From: a virus
Taxonomy: Duplodnaviria; Caudoviricetes
DNA length: 64,000 nt
Reading direction: 5' to 3' (one strand)
Virus record (IMG/VR): IMGVR_UViG_3300037991_006036
Coordinates: 32,001-96,000 of that record
Each line of letters opens with the position of its first letter. Position 1 is the first letter of the stretch. Shown in pieces: positions 46,106 through 56,293 of the stretch. Under the pieces are notes generated by a model, which made no database searches, was not told the DNA's origin, and saw only the letters and a list, made by a program, of their open reading frames with translations. The translations under genes were made by a program, and so were the position numbers.

Positions 46106-49100
46106 TTATTTATACCCTACAAATGGAAAGGGTGGAATTCCAGTTGCTGGATTGGGTATACATAATCCTTGCATTTGTGTTAATTGTAGTTCAAAGTTTC
46201 TTGCTAACTCTCTTACTGATGGAGCTGTTCCTTCTAATCGTCCATCAATTCTTAGTTTCTTGAATGGTGGAATAGTAATTACTTGGAAAGTTGCTCCAGT
46301 TGTATTTGTCCATACAGCTCCAGTCCAAAACAATAAAGATGCTATATTGTATGTTATAGATTGAGGAATTAAGTCGTTTTGTAGTTTCTTTTTGAGGATA
46401 GCTTGTAATCGGTCTTCGTATTGTTTTTTTTCTTTATCAACTCTTCCTTTAACTTCTTTTTTTATAAAAGAAACAATTTTATCTATTTGTATATTTACAA
46501 AACGTGTAAACTTAGCTATTAATTTTGATAATTCTTTTATTAGAAAAATTATAAAAGAGCCAGTTTGTTGGCTTAAAACTTTATGCATTTTTCGTAGAGT
46601 TGTGTACATTTTTGTACTTCCTAATTTTTCTTTAGCAGCTTGCTGTCTTCGTTCTTTTGCTTCTTGAGCTTTTCTAAAATTACTAGCAATTAATCCTTCA
46701 TTGTTTGTATCTCGTATTGGATCATCCTCATCTTTAGGCTCTACAACGCCAACCATTTGTCCTAATAATTTTCTTACTTTCACCAAATACTTTTGTTCTA
46801 AACTTATAAGGCTAGGCGCAAAACTGACCGGTTGTAAGAGATCTTCTAAAAGAACTCCTTTTGTTGTAGCTTCAATTTCTTTGAGAGTGCTGATTAATCC
46901 TTTGGGATCTTCTATAGGTGCATCAATAAAATTTTTAACAATGTTAATATTGTTATTAACTAACCTGCCTGCAGTATTGCTAAGATCTATATTTGTTGCT
47001 TGATTTTGTACTCTATTAGCTGCTTGTAATAGATCTCGCTCCAACTCTTCGGCAAAGTTTTTTGGTCCATCTGCAACTTTAGTAGGGTTTTCTCTTAATC
47101 CTTTAATAGTTAATGATGCAATAGTAACCAACTGTTCAATCTGTTTAAGAGTTTCAATTTCTTTTAAGAATCGTTTTTTATCATCTTCTTGTTTTTTATA
47201 TTGTGGACTGGACGATTCTACACCAACAGTAAAATATTGAAACTTGGCATTAGCTACTTTTTGTAGGGGTTGTTCGTTTTTGGCTGACGAAAAGTCGCCT
47301 CTTCCTATGTTTGTTCCAACTTTAGCTGCATTGGAAGCTAATAATCCTGCAGCTTGTATTTTTTGTTTTGTCTGTTGTACCTTTACCTTGTATTGTTTTA
47401 TTGTTTCTTTTTTTTCTTCGGCTGCTGCTCGTTTAGTTTCAAAGTCAGCTGTTATTGTTGGTATTGGTAGTGAAGCTATTACAGCTATTTCAATATCTTT
47501 TGCTATACGTTTTGCTTTTGCTATTTGCTCATTAGCTATCTTTTCGGCTCTCTGCAATTGCTTATTTATAAACGATTCTACCCGCTGCAACAGTACATTT
47601 AATTTTTTTAAAACTGATATGATTGTGTTTCGAGCTCTAGTTCTAGTTGGTGCTTTTTTCCTTGAAGGTTTTTGTTTTGGTGGTATGTTTTGAAATTCTC
47701 TTAGTGAATTTTCAATAGCTATAAATTGATCTTGCAAAGCTACTATCTTTTTTTCATACTGATCGTATTTTGTGTCTGTTTGTTCGAGCAACTTCCTTAT
47801 GTCAATAAAATCAACAGTTAAAGATCCTATAGATTTATTAATAGGTTCATATAACTCCTTTAAACCTTGTGCTGTTAAATAACTTCTCAACTCACCAGAA
47901 GTGTTTGATCCAGATAAATTAATACTTGTTTCTACAACATCTTTTTTAGTTCGTTCTTTTAATTTTTCAAAATCTACTTTTAATGTGTCTATTTCTTTTG
48001 TAATCTCATCTGCAAGTTGAGTACCAGCTGTCAAAAGTGCAGTTCCGTTTTTTGTTATGGTTGTTACTAATTTTATTGCTTTTTTAGCTCGAACAATATT
48101 AGCTTCGTTTTCTTTTTTTAATCTTTTAGCATCATCAATATACTTCTCAAACAATTTCTTTTTTTCAGATTTATTTTTACGTATAGTGAGTTCTTTTGCC
48201 TTTTTGCTGATTGCTTCTTTTTGTCTATCAAGCTCGGTTTTAATCCTTTTTTCAATGTTTTCTTTTTGAACATTTACCTTTTGTTGCAAAACTCTAATTT
48301 GAGGTTCTACAACAAACTTAATAAATTTTATAGCTTGAATTGCTTGATCAGCTTGCCGAAGTTTTCTTTGTGTAGCTTCTGTTATATTAGATTTATCGGC
48401 TATGAATTGAGTTAATAGACTGCCAAAACTTTCCGGTTCTATTAGTGTTGCTACAATTTTTGTAATTTTTTGTGCAGCTGAAGATAGTCGTTGTTTTATG
48501 TATCTTCTAGTTTGATCTTCGTTAGATGCTACACGATTAGCTTTTTCTATATATTGTATAACAATTTGTATATTGTTAAAAGTCTGACGGATTTCTCCTA
48601 TAGAGCTAAGCTTAAACTCTAAGTTTTTTAAAGTCTCTATTACAGCATGTTCTTCTGGAAAAGCATCTTCAAATTTAATGTTGATATCAATATCTGAAGC
48701 AGCTATTTGTTTTACTTCATCAGCTACTTTTAACAATTCTTCCACATAATACGCTTCCATCTCTTTAGCAGTTTCTCCTAGCTGCTTTATGTTGGCTGGA
48801 AGTTCCTTTACTTTTTGAGATAGTGTTTTAATTTGAGTTATAGTTGCTTGTATTAGTTCTTTTTGGTATTTTGCTTTTCTTATAATACCTTCAAGAGCTT
48901 TCTTTTTTTGTTCTAAATTTTCTTTTTGTAATAAAAGTTCTTTGGTGTTAAAGTATGCAAATACAGCTCTGTTGAACTTTTGTTTGCTGATATCGTTAAA
49001 TGGTAGCTTGTAGTTGTCACCAGGACCAGTGCCTACTGGAGCAGGAGCTCCTAACGCTACCGGTGAAGGTAGTGTTGGTGGTATTCCAATCGGTGCTCCT

Positions 49101-49225
49101 TTTTGAATCGTTTGTGTATAATATTTTGTCACACCATCTGCAAATTCACCAACATCTTTAAAGTTGCCGTTTTCCAGATCTTTTAATAAGGGCTGGACAA
49201 AATCTAACTCAAAATTAATTGGCAT
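46106..49225 (-). CDS. Large helical/coiled-coil protein of the spike module
   Basis: 1039 aa; Pro/Gly-rich globular-looking ends flank roughly 850 aa of Lys/Glu/Gln-rich helix. Confidence 0.65.
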   Translation of the reverse strand: MPINFELDFVQPLLKDLENGNFKDVGEFADGVTKYYTQTIQKGAPIGIPPTLPSPVALGAPAPVGTGPGDNYKLPFNDISKQKFNRAVFAYFNTKELLLQKENLEQKKKALEGIIRKAKYQKELIQATITQIKTLSQKVKELPANIKQLGETAKEMEAYYVEELLKVADEVKQIAASDIDINIKFEDAFPEEHAVIETLKNLEFKLSSIGEIRQTFNNIQIVIQYIEKANRVASNEDQTRRYIKQRLSSAAQKITKIVATLIEPESFGSLLTQFIADKSNITEATQRKLRQADQAIQAIKFIKFVVEPQIRVLQQKVNVQKENIEKRIKTELDRQKEAISKKAKELTIRKNKSEKKKLFEKYIDDAKRLKKENEANIVRAKKAIKLVTTITKNGTALLTAGTQLADEITKEIDTLKVDFEKLKERTKKDVVETSINLSGSNTSGELRSYLTAQGLKELYEPINKSIGSLTVDFIDIRKLLEQTDTKYDQYEKKIVALQDQFIAIENSLREFQNIPPKQKPSRKKAPTRTRARNTIISVLKKLNVLLQRVESFINKQLQRAEKIANEQIAKAKRIAKDIEIAVIASLPIPTITADFETKRAAAEEKKETIKQYKVKVQQTKQKIQAAGLLASNAAKVGTNIGRGDFSSAKNEQPLQKVANAKFQYFTVGVESSSPQYKKQEDDKKRFLKEIETLKQIEQLVTIASLTIKGLRENPTKVADGPKNFAEELERDLLQAANRVQNQATNIDLSNTAGRLVNNNINIVKNFIDAPIEDPKGLISTLKEIEATTKGVLLEDLLQPVSFAPSLISLEQKYLVKVRKLLGQMVGVVEPKDEDDPIRDTNNEGLIASNFRKAQEAKERRQQAAKEKLGSTKMYTTLRKMHKVLSQQTGSFIIFLIKELSKLIAKFTRFVNIQIDKIVSFIKKEVKGRVDKEKKQYEDRLQAILKKKLQNDLIPQSITYNIASLLFWTGAVWTNTTGATFQVITIPPFKKLRIDGRLEGTAPSVRELARNFELQLTQMQGLCIPNPATGIPPFPFVGYK

Positions 49226-50631
49226 TATGTTGGTATATTATTCAATCCTAAATCTGCATACCATAAGTTAGATTCACTATTTTTTACTCTAGCATATGGT
49301 CCTTTAACAGCTTCGTTTGGTCTAAATTCAAAGTGCCACTCTTCCGATCTTACCGCTCTTATAAAGCCATATTTGTGAGCATTGAAAGCTAACCATTTGT
49401 ACACTGCGTCATTTAATTTTTTACTAAAGAACTTACGACTTCCAGTATTAAAATCTAAAGCAAATCCTAATCCGTGATTTGATCTTCCTGGAGGTGCTGT
49501 TGGTGCTGAAAACGCTCCTGATGTTGCATACCATATGAACGCTTCCTTTCCACTTTTTAGACCCCACATACCGTTTCCTCCTTTGCTTGTTTTGTATGTT
49601 TCTCCACCAGTCACAAACCTTTTATAGTGACTATGCCCTTTTACCCATCTACCACTATCTCGTCTCAAAGCTTCTTGTGTGGTAAACTTACCACTCACTC
49701 CACTGTCTGAAGTCCATGACATTGCTGATCCTGCAGCAGGCCTAAATCCAGAATTACAGCTGAGGGTTATGCCTGCAGATTTTGCTGCTGCAAACATCTT
49801 GGAGTATGCTTGTACAGCCTCTTTTGTTCCAGTTTGTTTGTTAACTCTAAATAATATTGAATACTGATTTCCATCATTATCGGAAACGGGAGATGTTAAT
49901 CTAACCGCATCCATCCCTAATGATACTGGATCTTTTGCTGCTTGAATAGTAGATGCTTTTAGTTGTATAGCAGAAGCTGGTATAGCTGTTCGTTGAAATC
50001 TATTTACTATATTAGCAACAGCTGCTGCGCTAGTTGCTTCATCTTTTATTTGCTTGAAGCCTATGTAATACAATCCAACACTTCCATACATAGTTAAGCC
50101 ATATAGTAGTGCGTTGTTTTGTAACCATTTTTTTACTGCACCATCATATTCTTGTACCATAATGATACGACCATGTCGTCTAGGGTCTAGCTCTGTCGTG
50201 TTTGGAATATTGTAAACACTTGTTGGTCCTCCACTTCCACTTGGGGGAGTTGCAGCTGACTTGTATGCATCCGCTAATGGTGGATCAAAAGCTCCTTTTG
50301 CTTTAGTGACGCAATCGTTCATATATCTTTCTAAATCAGGATAATCTGTTTGTTTTGCTATTTCTAGCATTGCTTTTTCTGGATCTAATAATGGTGTCAG
50401 TGTCTCCTTAAAAGTAGATACTCCTGGTGGTGCTGCTGTTTTAAATTCATCTCGCAATTTTTTACGAAGATCATCAACCACTTCAAATTTTGATAGATAG
50501 CTTGGCTGTAATACTAACTCTTTTGTAGTGCTCTCTTTAAGTTTTGCATTCAATGCTTGAAAATAGTCGTGTGCCTCTCTCAATACGACACTATCTCCAA
50601 ATTGTGCTAATTTTCCTTCTAATGATGCCAT
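49225..50631 (-). CDS. M15B (VanY-like) zinc peptidase, peptidoglycan hydrolase
   Basis: NSGFR, APPGRSNHGLGFALDF, WLAFNAHKYGF, EEWHFEF. Confidence 0.88.
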   Translation of the reverse strand: MASLEGKLAQFGDSVVLREAHDYFQALNAKLKESTTKELVLQPSYLSKFEVVDDLRKKLRDEFKTAAPPGVSTFKETLTPLLDPEKAMLEIAKQTDYPDLERYMNDCVTKAKGAFDPPLADAYKSAATPPSGSGGPTSVYNIPNTTELDPRRHGRIIMVQEYDGAVKKWLQNNALLYGLTMYGSVGLYYIGFKQIKDEATSAAAVANIVNRFQRTAIPASAIQLKASTIQAAKDPVSLGMDAVRLTSPVSDNDGNQYSILFRVNKQTGTKEAVQAYSKMFAAAKSAGITLSCNSGFRPAAGSAMSWTSDSGVSGKFTTQEALRRDSGRWVKGHSHYKRFVTGGETYKTSKGGNGMWGLKSGKEAFIWYATSGAFSAPTAPPGRSNHGLGFALDFNTGSRKFFSKKLNDAVYKWLAFNAHKYGFIRAVRSEEWHFEFRPNEAVKGPYARVKNSESNLWYADLGLNNIPT

Positions 50632-50640
50632 AATAATATT

Positions 50641-51600
50641 TTATAACGCGTCTCCAAATAATGGTGATGCTGGTGTCTCGTAAAATCCTGCAACTTCTGC
50701 CATAGGGTTAGTTACCGGATTAGGTGGTGGTCCTGCTGCTCCAGGTCCTCCAGCTCCTACTGCGCCTGATACTGTTCCAGTTAAGGTTCTTGGTGGAACA
50801 TAGTCTTTAGCTTTTTCTTTAGCTGCTTTTACCGTCTTTAATCTCTCCGCATCTATAGTTCCGTGAGTTAAACCGTCTATGAATCCATATTCGCTAATAA
50901 GTTCAGGAAGTCTTGTTTTTAGTAATTCAAATTCTGCTAAAGAAGATGGTTGAAATACACCATTACCTAATGGTCCAGCTATTTCTGAATTTTCTAATGT
51001 TACAATGAAATCTTCTAAAAAGTTTATAAGTTTTACTCCTAAGATTAGAGGTTCATATAATTCGTCTGGTGTTGGATCACCTACTGATGCTGCTGGATCT
51101 CTTGCCTTATCTACATCTCCTGTAATCTCCTCTCCTCTATTAGGAACACCTATAAAAACCTGCTCATGACCAAATAAGGTTATAGATGTTCCTGAGTCTA
51201 TGTTTACTTCTTTAGGAGAACCAATGGCAACACCCTCCTTTCCAAACATCATGGTATAATCGTCTTTGGAATTTATAACAACGCGACTGCTGTTTAGAAA
51301 TATACTACCTCCAGTTGCTCCTGGAATGTAAATATTCTTTTTGCTATTATCAATTCCAAGTAATTTAGTTACATCTTGAGCTTTTACATCTACCCTTGCA
51401 TCAAAGGTTTGGTCTGACTCTTCAGAAAAAGAAAGAGCCATAACTTCGTCTTGATACTTACCTATATCAATAGTTGTAGTACCAGTGAAGGTTTGTGGAC
51501 CTGTGGCTTGCTGTGCATTTATTGTAGATGCTATTGCAGGAGGTAAGCCTCCATTATTGGCAACTATCTGTTTTATTTGATCGTAAGTATATTCTGCCAT
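50641..51600 (-). CDS. gp5-like central spike, C-terminal beta-strand part
   Basis: GSIFLNSSRVVINSKDDYTMMFGKEGVAIGS...VNID and EPLILG; located in the baseplate module. Confidence 0.55.
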   Translation of the reverse strand: MAEYTYDQIKQIVANNGGLPPAIASTINAQQATGPQTFTGTTTIDIGKYQDEVMALSFSEESDQTFDARVDVKAQDVTKLLGIDNSKKNIYIPGATGGSIFLNSSRVVINSKDDYTMMFGKEGVAIGSPKEVNIDSGTSITLFGHEQVFIGVPNRGEEITGDVDKARDPAASVGDPTPDELYEPLILGVKLINFLEDFIVTLENSEIAGPLGNGVFQPSSLAEFELLKTRLPELISEYGFIDGLTHGTIDAERLKTVKAAKEKAKDYVPPRTLTGTVSGAVGAGGPGAAGPPPNPVTNPMAEVAGFYETPASPLFGDAL

Positions 51601-52745
51601 TAGTCTCCTATTTCAAGTTTGAATTGAGTAGCTAATGCAGCTGCCATTGCTTTCATTCTAGCTGCACATTTGGGTGAGTATTGAAACTCATTTGCTCCAT
51701 TATTGTGTACACGTTCATTTATTATAATTAACATGTTAACAAGTGATTTTGGATTCTTGAAGAATCTATCAAACCATCCTTGATAAAAATCCTTGTTTGC
51801 GTTTGTTTTTTGAGCTTGTAACCATTTATATTGTGCTTGTATGGCTGCTACGCAGCATCCTATGCTAACTACATCAGCTGATGTTGCTGTATCATTAAAC
51901 ACAAACTTATTTGAATCAAACGGAAAAGTGCTAAACTTACTTTTTTCAGCAGCTTGTATTCCTCTCTTGGCTAAAGCAGTATCGCCTCCATTCCAACCAA
52001 TCATCATATTGAAATAACCCAAATATGAGTTTAGATTAGCACCCGTTAATATTGGACGTCCTAGTGCTGGATTGTTTCCGTATTGACTAATCCACCAAAC
52101 TTTTGCTGCTTGTTCAGTTGTAAATAATTGTTGAAGAAATGATTTAGTTTTAGATTGATCTATATCTCCTGCGTCACTAGGACCGAAAGAGATCGAAGAA
52201 TTGTTTTCAAATCCTAATTTAGGCTCGTATCGTGTATAAGACTTAGTCCATTTCATCACATCAACATACGCATCTGTGAGATCCCTAAAGTATCCATACT
52301 CTAGAGGTGCAAAAGCAAAATCTAATTTTCTAGAATAAGGTTTTCCACGACCACCACTCATCATTTTCATTACTGTCTTCATAGCAATTCCTCTCATAGA
52401 GGTTAACTCTTTTGCAGTAGGATGATCCACTAACGCTACATCAACTTCTTTAATGCTAGGCCACCAAACTCCGTCAACAATTTTCCACATTACGGATGGA
52501 TGGATTCTATTTACATCTTTAGTGATGTAGGCTTCAAAATCTTTTGCAATAACTTCATCAATACGCGTATTCAAAACATCTTTAGCGGTTGAAGGTCCTG
52601 CATTCAACACTTTTAAGTAGTTTGCCCACAACGTTGAATCAGTCCCAGCTACAATACGAATTGTATGAGCTCTAGCCAACTCATCACCTTTTTCGGTTAC
52701 GACTTGATTAAATCTTTGAATTGTACTTTCTGGTATTGCTCCCAT
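51600..52745 (-). CDS. Diverged GH108-like lysozyme with PG-binding-type C-terminus (tentative)
   Basis: TTEQAAKVWW, FNMMIGWNGG..A.KRGIQAA and FYQGWFDR resemble GH108/PG_binding_3 motifs; the canonical EGGY is absent (FEAYI instead). Confidence 0.4.
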   Translation of the reverse strand: MGAIPESTIQRFNQVVTEKGDELARAHTIRIVAGTDSTLWANYLKVLNAGPSTAKDVLNTRIDEVIAKDFEAYITKDVNRIHPSVMWKIVDGVWWPSIKEVDVALVDHPTAKELTSMRGIAMKTVMKMMSGGRGKPYSRKLDFAFAPLEYGYFRDLTDAYVDVMKWTKSYTRYEPKLGFENNSSISFGPSDAGDIDQSKTKSFLQQLFTTEQAAKVWWISQYGNNPALGRPILTGANLNSYLGYFNMMIGWNGGDTALAKRGIQAAEKSKFSTFPFDSNKFVFNDTATSADVVSIGCCVAAIQAQYKWLQAQKTNANKDFYQGWFDRFFKNPKSLVNMLIIINERVHNNGANEFQYSPKCAARMKAMAAALATQFKLEIGD

Positions 52746-52747
52746 AA

Positions 52748-53908
52748 TTAATCTTGTATTCCACTTAAACCAGTTTGACCTTGTGTATAGAATCCGTTAT
52801 AGCCTCCACTTCCTGGATCATTTGCTTCGTTATCTACAATTGGTGTTTCATCTTGAGGTGTGTCTGTTGGTGATGCTGTTGTAGATGGTGGCTCTTCGTT
52901 TACTTTAACATCCTCAGCTTTGTTTCCTTCCTTTGGTGCTGTTTTATTTGCTCCACTTCTAGCTGCTTCCCCATCCTTAGCTTTACCAGCCGTCTTCTTC
53001 ACATCAGTGAGGACTTCGATGCCATATGTGTTTGCCCACGATGCTAGTGGATGTGCTTTATTGCCCTTATCCGGCAAAGCTAGCTCTAATGGTATTTGTT
53101 GTGTAGATACTAAATACAAAGAAGTTCCATCTTCATTAATAGATTCTACTTCAATTGCATCATCTTCTAATTTACCCTTCTCATTTCTTCCATTATCAAC
53201 TCTCATCAACACTATAGGATCTCCAGGTGTTCCTTGTTTTCCTTTTGCCCAATCTTGATCACGCACTTGACTATCAATAGGTGTTCCAGCAAATCTTATG
53301 CTTCCGCCAAACCGACCTTGCAATATAAAATCTCCCTCATTCAACGATACTTGTTTACGTACTATTGAATTGCCTCTTGAATCTTTGAACGAGTCTAAGT
53401 TTTTTATCTTTTTATCAAATCTCCTAGACAGCTCTCCTACTGTTCTTGCTCCTGGAAGAAACGGATTAATTCTGTCTGGATCAATTCCTATAAATGGTGC
53501 TGAGTTTGATGTAATGTTGTTAGTGATGCTTACTACTTCTCCATAATAAGTTTTTGTAGTCATGAACACATCTGGTCCATCTAGTTTGCTAAACTTTGCA
53601 TCGTAGATTAAAACTTGTTCACCTGGTAATGGTACTTTAAAATTGCTACGATTGAGTGGATTAGCTTGTTTTGAAAGTAATGCTTCCATAAAGCTAAACG
53701 AAGTTCCTCCAGGTGATGCAAAAGCGTTTCGATAGAATATTGTACCAATTACTCTGTTTTCATCTGGATTGTATTGTGGATGGCTTTTGTCTAATATAAC
53801 ATCCAACACATGACCTACTCCAGACCGATTATATGGTAAATACGGTTTGGGAGGTTGAGGTGGTGCTGGTGGCTTAAATGCGCCAAATAATCCGCTAAAA
53901 AATCCCAT
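52748..53908 (-). CDS. gp5-like baseplate hub, N-terminal OB-fold part
   Basis: GHVLDVILD...IGTI...VPLPGEQVLI; EGDFILQGRFGGSIRF. Confidence 0.6.
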   Translation of the reverse strand: MGFFSGLFGAFKPPAPPQPPKPYLPYNRSGVGHVLDVILDKSHPQYNPDENRVIGTIFYRNAFASPGGTSFSFMEALLSKQANPLNRSNFKVPLPGEQVLIYDAKFSKLDGPDVFMTTKTYYGEVVSITNNITSNSAPFIGIDPDRINPFLPGARTVGELSRRFDKKIKNLDSFKDSRGNSIVRKQVSLNEGDFILQGRFGGSIRFAGTPIDSQVRDQDWAKGKQGTPGDPIVLMRVDNGRNEKGKLEDDAIEVESINEDGTSLYLVSTQQIPLELALPDKGNKAHPLASWANTYGIEVLTDVKKTAGKAKDGEAARSGANKTAPKEGNKAEDVKVNEEPPSTTASPTDTPQDETPIVDNEANDPGSGGYNGFYTQGQTGLSGIQD

Positions 53909-53911
53909 ATT

Positions 53912-54253
53912 CTATCCTTTATCTAATAAATCTTGTGCAGCATCCATTAATTGTTGCTTTTCAGCCTCTGTTAACATACCTTCATCGCTAGTGTTATTTT
54001 TAGCGCTAGAAACAAGTAATCGCTGCACAATTGCAGTTAATTTTACTAGATTATCGTCGTTTTTTACAGAAACTTCGAGATATTCCTTAATTAAAGGAAC
54101 CATCATAGAAGCATCTGTCATATTTCTAATCATAGGTTTTAACTGCTCGATTAAACCAGTGATTTGTGCTTCTTTCTTTTTGGTATTGTTATAAATATCT
54201 TTCAGAAGGTCTGAAAAATTCTTATCGTCAAATAATGGTGAATCTTTATCCAT
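53912..54253 (-). CDS. Helical late protein (possible terminase small subunit)
   Basis: 113 aa, helical, LIKEYLEVSVKNDDNLVKL..IVQRL; has its own late motif. The small-terminase call is inference only. Confidence 0.5.
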   Translation of the reverse strand: MDKDSPLFDDKNFSDLLKDIYNNTKKKEAQITGLIEQLKPMIRNMTDASMMVPLIKEYLEVSVKNDDNLVKLTAIVQRLLVSSAKNNTSDEGMLTEAEKQQLMDAAQDLLDKG

Positions 54254-54265
54254 AATGCCTTTCTA

Positions 54266-54273
54266 TATAAATA
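54266..54273 (-). promoter_or_regulatory. Late promoter-like motif TATTTATA
   Basis: 12 nt before ATG 54253. Confidence 0.7.
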
Positions 54274-54288
54274 GGTGAGAGGTAAGTT

Positions 54289-54534
54289 TTACGATTCTCC
54301 TCGACTCTCAATCTCTTCTAAGTAGGCATATAATTTTTTGATACGAATGCCTGCTGTCCAAGCTATTCTGTTTTCGTAGAATCCTAATTCTGTTAATTTA
54401 TCTTCTATATCTGGTTCTAAAGCGTCAAACTCAAATGCTAATAAATTTGGTGTACCATTACAAACACTCTCCCATGCTTTTATTTCGTCATGGATGAAAT
54501 CTCGAATATAGTCTTGTGATACATTTATTAACAC
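54289..54534 (-). CDS. Hypothetical protein
   Basis: 81 aa; GTG start overlaps the sigma stop. Confidence 0.6.
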   Translation of the reverse strand: MLINVSQDYIRDFIHDEIKAWESVCNGTPNLLAFEFDALEPDIEDKLTELGFYENRIAWTAGIRIKKLYAYLEEIESRGES

Positions 54535-55268
54535 TACTTTTCTATTTCGTATATTTTATCTTTTGGGATATATCCCTTTTCAAGAAAATCGCTGTACATA
54601 TGTTTCCATCGTAACTTCATATCTTTTACAACTTTAGTAATTTGTTGTGTATTAGCATTAGTCATCTCACGAATATATACATACAATGCTTTTTTGTTGA
54701 AGATCTCAATTCTATCTCTTTTTCTAAACAACTCCAATACCGCCTCAGCTAATCTTTGGTCACGTTCTTTTTTATAATACAACTCAACTTTATCATCCCA
54801 ATACTCCAAATACTTATCAAAAAACTTCTCTAAGTCTGGACCTTCTTCATCTGCAGTTGGGGTTGAGTCAGCTATCTCAATAGACAAATCATAATCGATT
54901 CGTTTTGTTTCGATTAGCTTTTTATAATTTTTTCTGTTTTTTAGAATGCAATAATTCTTAGCAACCATACTGAAGTAACTAAACGCTTTACTGCCTTTCT
55001 CAGGTTTAAACTTAGGTAACTTTTCGCATAAGAAAGAAACTACCTCATGCTGGACTTCATGTAAAGGAACATTATCGGTATAATAAAACTTGAAGGTGTG
55101 TATGATGTTTTCAACCAACTTTTCCATTGGATACTTAATCTCCCTTTCGTATATTCTACTTTTTATTTCCGGATCTTCTGTTGCGTTGTATTTGATGATG
55201 CTTTGGTCTACTTCCGGTCCAAAGTATTGTTTTTTACTCTTTCTCGTTCTCTTTTTCTTCTGCGTCAT
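54534..55268 (-). CDS. gp55: Late-transcription sigma factor (T4 gp55-like)
   Basis: Region-2-like KLVENII.TFKF..Y, KLPKFKPEKGSKAFSYFSMVAKNY. Probable ATG is 55268 (ORF track start 55295). Confidence 0.75.
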   Translation of the reverse strand: MTQKKKRTRKSKKQYFGPEVDQSIIKYNATEDPEIKSRIYEREIKYPMEKLVENIIHTFKFYYTDNVPLHEVQHEVVSFLCEKLPKFKPEKGSKAFSYFSMVAKNYCILKNRKNYKKLIETKRIDYDLSIEIADSTPTADEEGPDLEKFFDKYLEYWDDKVELYYKKERDQRLAEAVLELFRKRDRIEIFNKKALYVYIREMTNANTQQITKVVKDMKLRWKHMYSDFLEKGYIPKDKIYEIEK

Positions 55269-55545
55269 TAGATATATACTTTTTAACAAACTCATCTAAG
55301 TCTGTGGTTGCTTCCTTAATTTCTTTGAATATAAATCCAGTCTCGTCGTCTGCTTCAAAGGAACCTAAACGATCTACGTCTTTCATTCTCTTGTAAGCTC
55401 TATTTGTACGAAGTGCTATAACAGATAGCATTCTAACATAAAGCTCAAGGTACGCCATTAATTTTTCTGATTTTCTAAACTGAATGATAAGAAGCCATAT
55501 TGCTACAGCTAACAAAACAGACAGCGTTATAACTGCTACTAACAT
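55234..55545 (-). CDS. Hypothetical membrane protein
   Basis: N-terminal TM MLVAVITLSVLLAVAIWLLII; D..GSFEADDETGFIF; ATG at 55545. Confidence 0.7.
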   Translation of the reverse strand: MLVAVITLSVLLAVAIWLLIIQFRKSEKLMAYLELYVRMLSVIALRTNRAYKRMKDVDRLGSFEADDETGFIFKEIKEATTDLDEFVKKYISNDAEEKENEKE

Positions 55546-55546
55546 A

Positions 55547-56293
55547 TTACTTGAATAATTGATCAAACGCGTTTTTCAGATTATCCTTATCTGATTCTGT
55601 AACGCTTGTATTTTTTCTTTTAGAAGTTTTCTTTTCTGGAAAGGTTGCTACTGGTTCACCTTTTTGCATATTAGACTCGATTCGAGCTGCCATTGCATCT
55701 GCTTGATGTAACACATAAGGAAGATTAGTACGCAAAGCGCTATCCGGATTCCAACTAACGTAGTATGGTTTATTAGCTTCTTCATACATGCCATCGTGAA
55801 GTTTGATTCCAAACCACTCGTTATCAGTAATAGTGATACCTCTATCATATAGAAGTTTTAATCCTCTATCTGGAACAGTCATAAAAGCATTAACTGGATT
55901 GTTTGTGTATAGCTTTCCTTGATTCTTTCTATGCCAGTCAGATGGATTATGAATATACTGCTCAGCTTCTTCAGTTCCTATTTTTCCTAAGTCATGATTC
56001 ATTGCAGAGAATATTAATTCTTCTGTAGTATAATCTTTTGTTGCACCATGCTTACTCCAAAGCTCATCTACATCTAATGCACATTGCATAACACGTATGA
56101 CGTGATCTACATATCCACCAATAAAGCAATTGTGATAGTGAGCTGTACCTGAGGCAGGCATCATCATGATACGCTCTTCATGATCTGTGTATAACTTTTT
56201 TAACTTTTCTTTTCTTTCTCCAGTAATGTATTGATCAATGAAGGATAGAAAGGTTTTATAATTCTCTTGTAACTGTTCGGCTGTATAATTCAT
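55547..56293 (-). CDS. HD-domain phosphohydrolase (YhaM-like)
   Basis: PAS...YH...GGYVDH, NHDLGKIG, LHDG, LHQAD. Confidence 0.85.
   Translation of the reverse strand: MNYTAEQLQENYKTFLSFIDQYITGERKEKLKKLYTDHEERIMMMPASGTAHYHNCFIGGYVDHVIRVMQCALDVDELWSKHGATKDYTTEELIFSAMNHDLGKIGTEEAEQYIHNPSDWHRKNQGKLYTNNPVNAFMTVPDRGLKLLYDRGITITDNEWFGIKLHDGMYEEANKPYYVSWNPDSALRTNLPYVLHQADAMAARIESNMQKGEPVATFPEKKTSKRKNTSVTESDKDNLKNAFDQLFK

Noticed and set aside
46106-49225. Tape measure protein call
   Set aside because: It sits in the spike/baseplate module with no tube, sheath or chaperone genes nearby, and it is Lys/Glu-rich rather than Ala/Gly-rich. Left as unknown.
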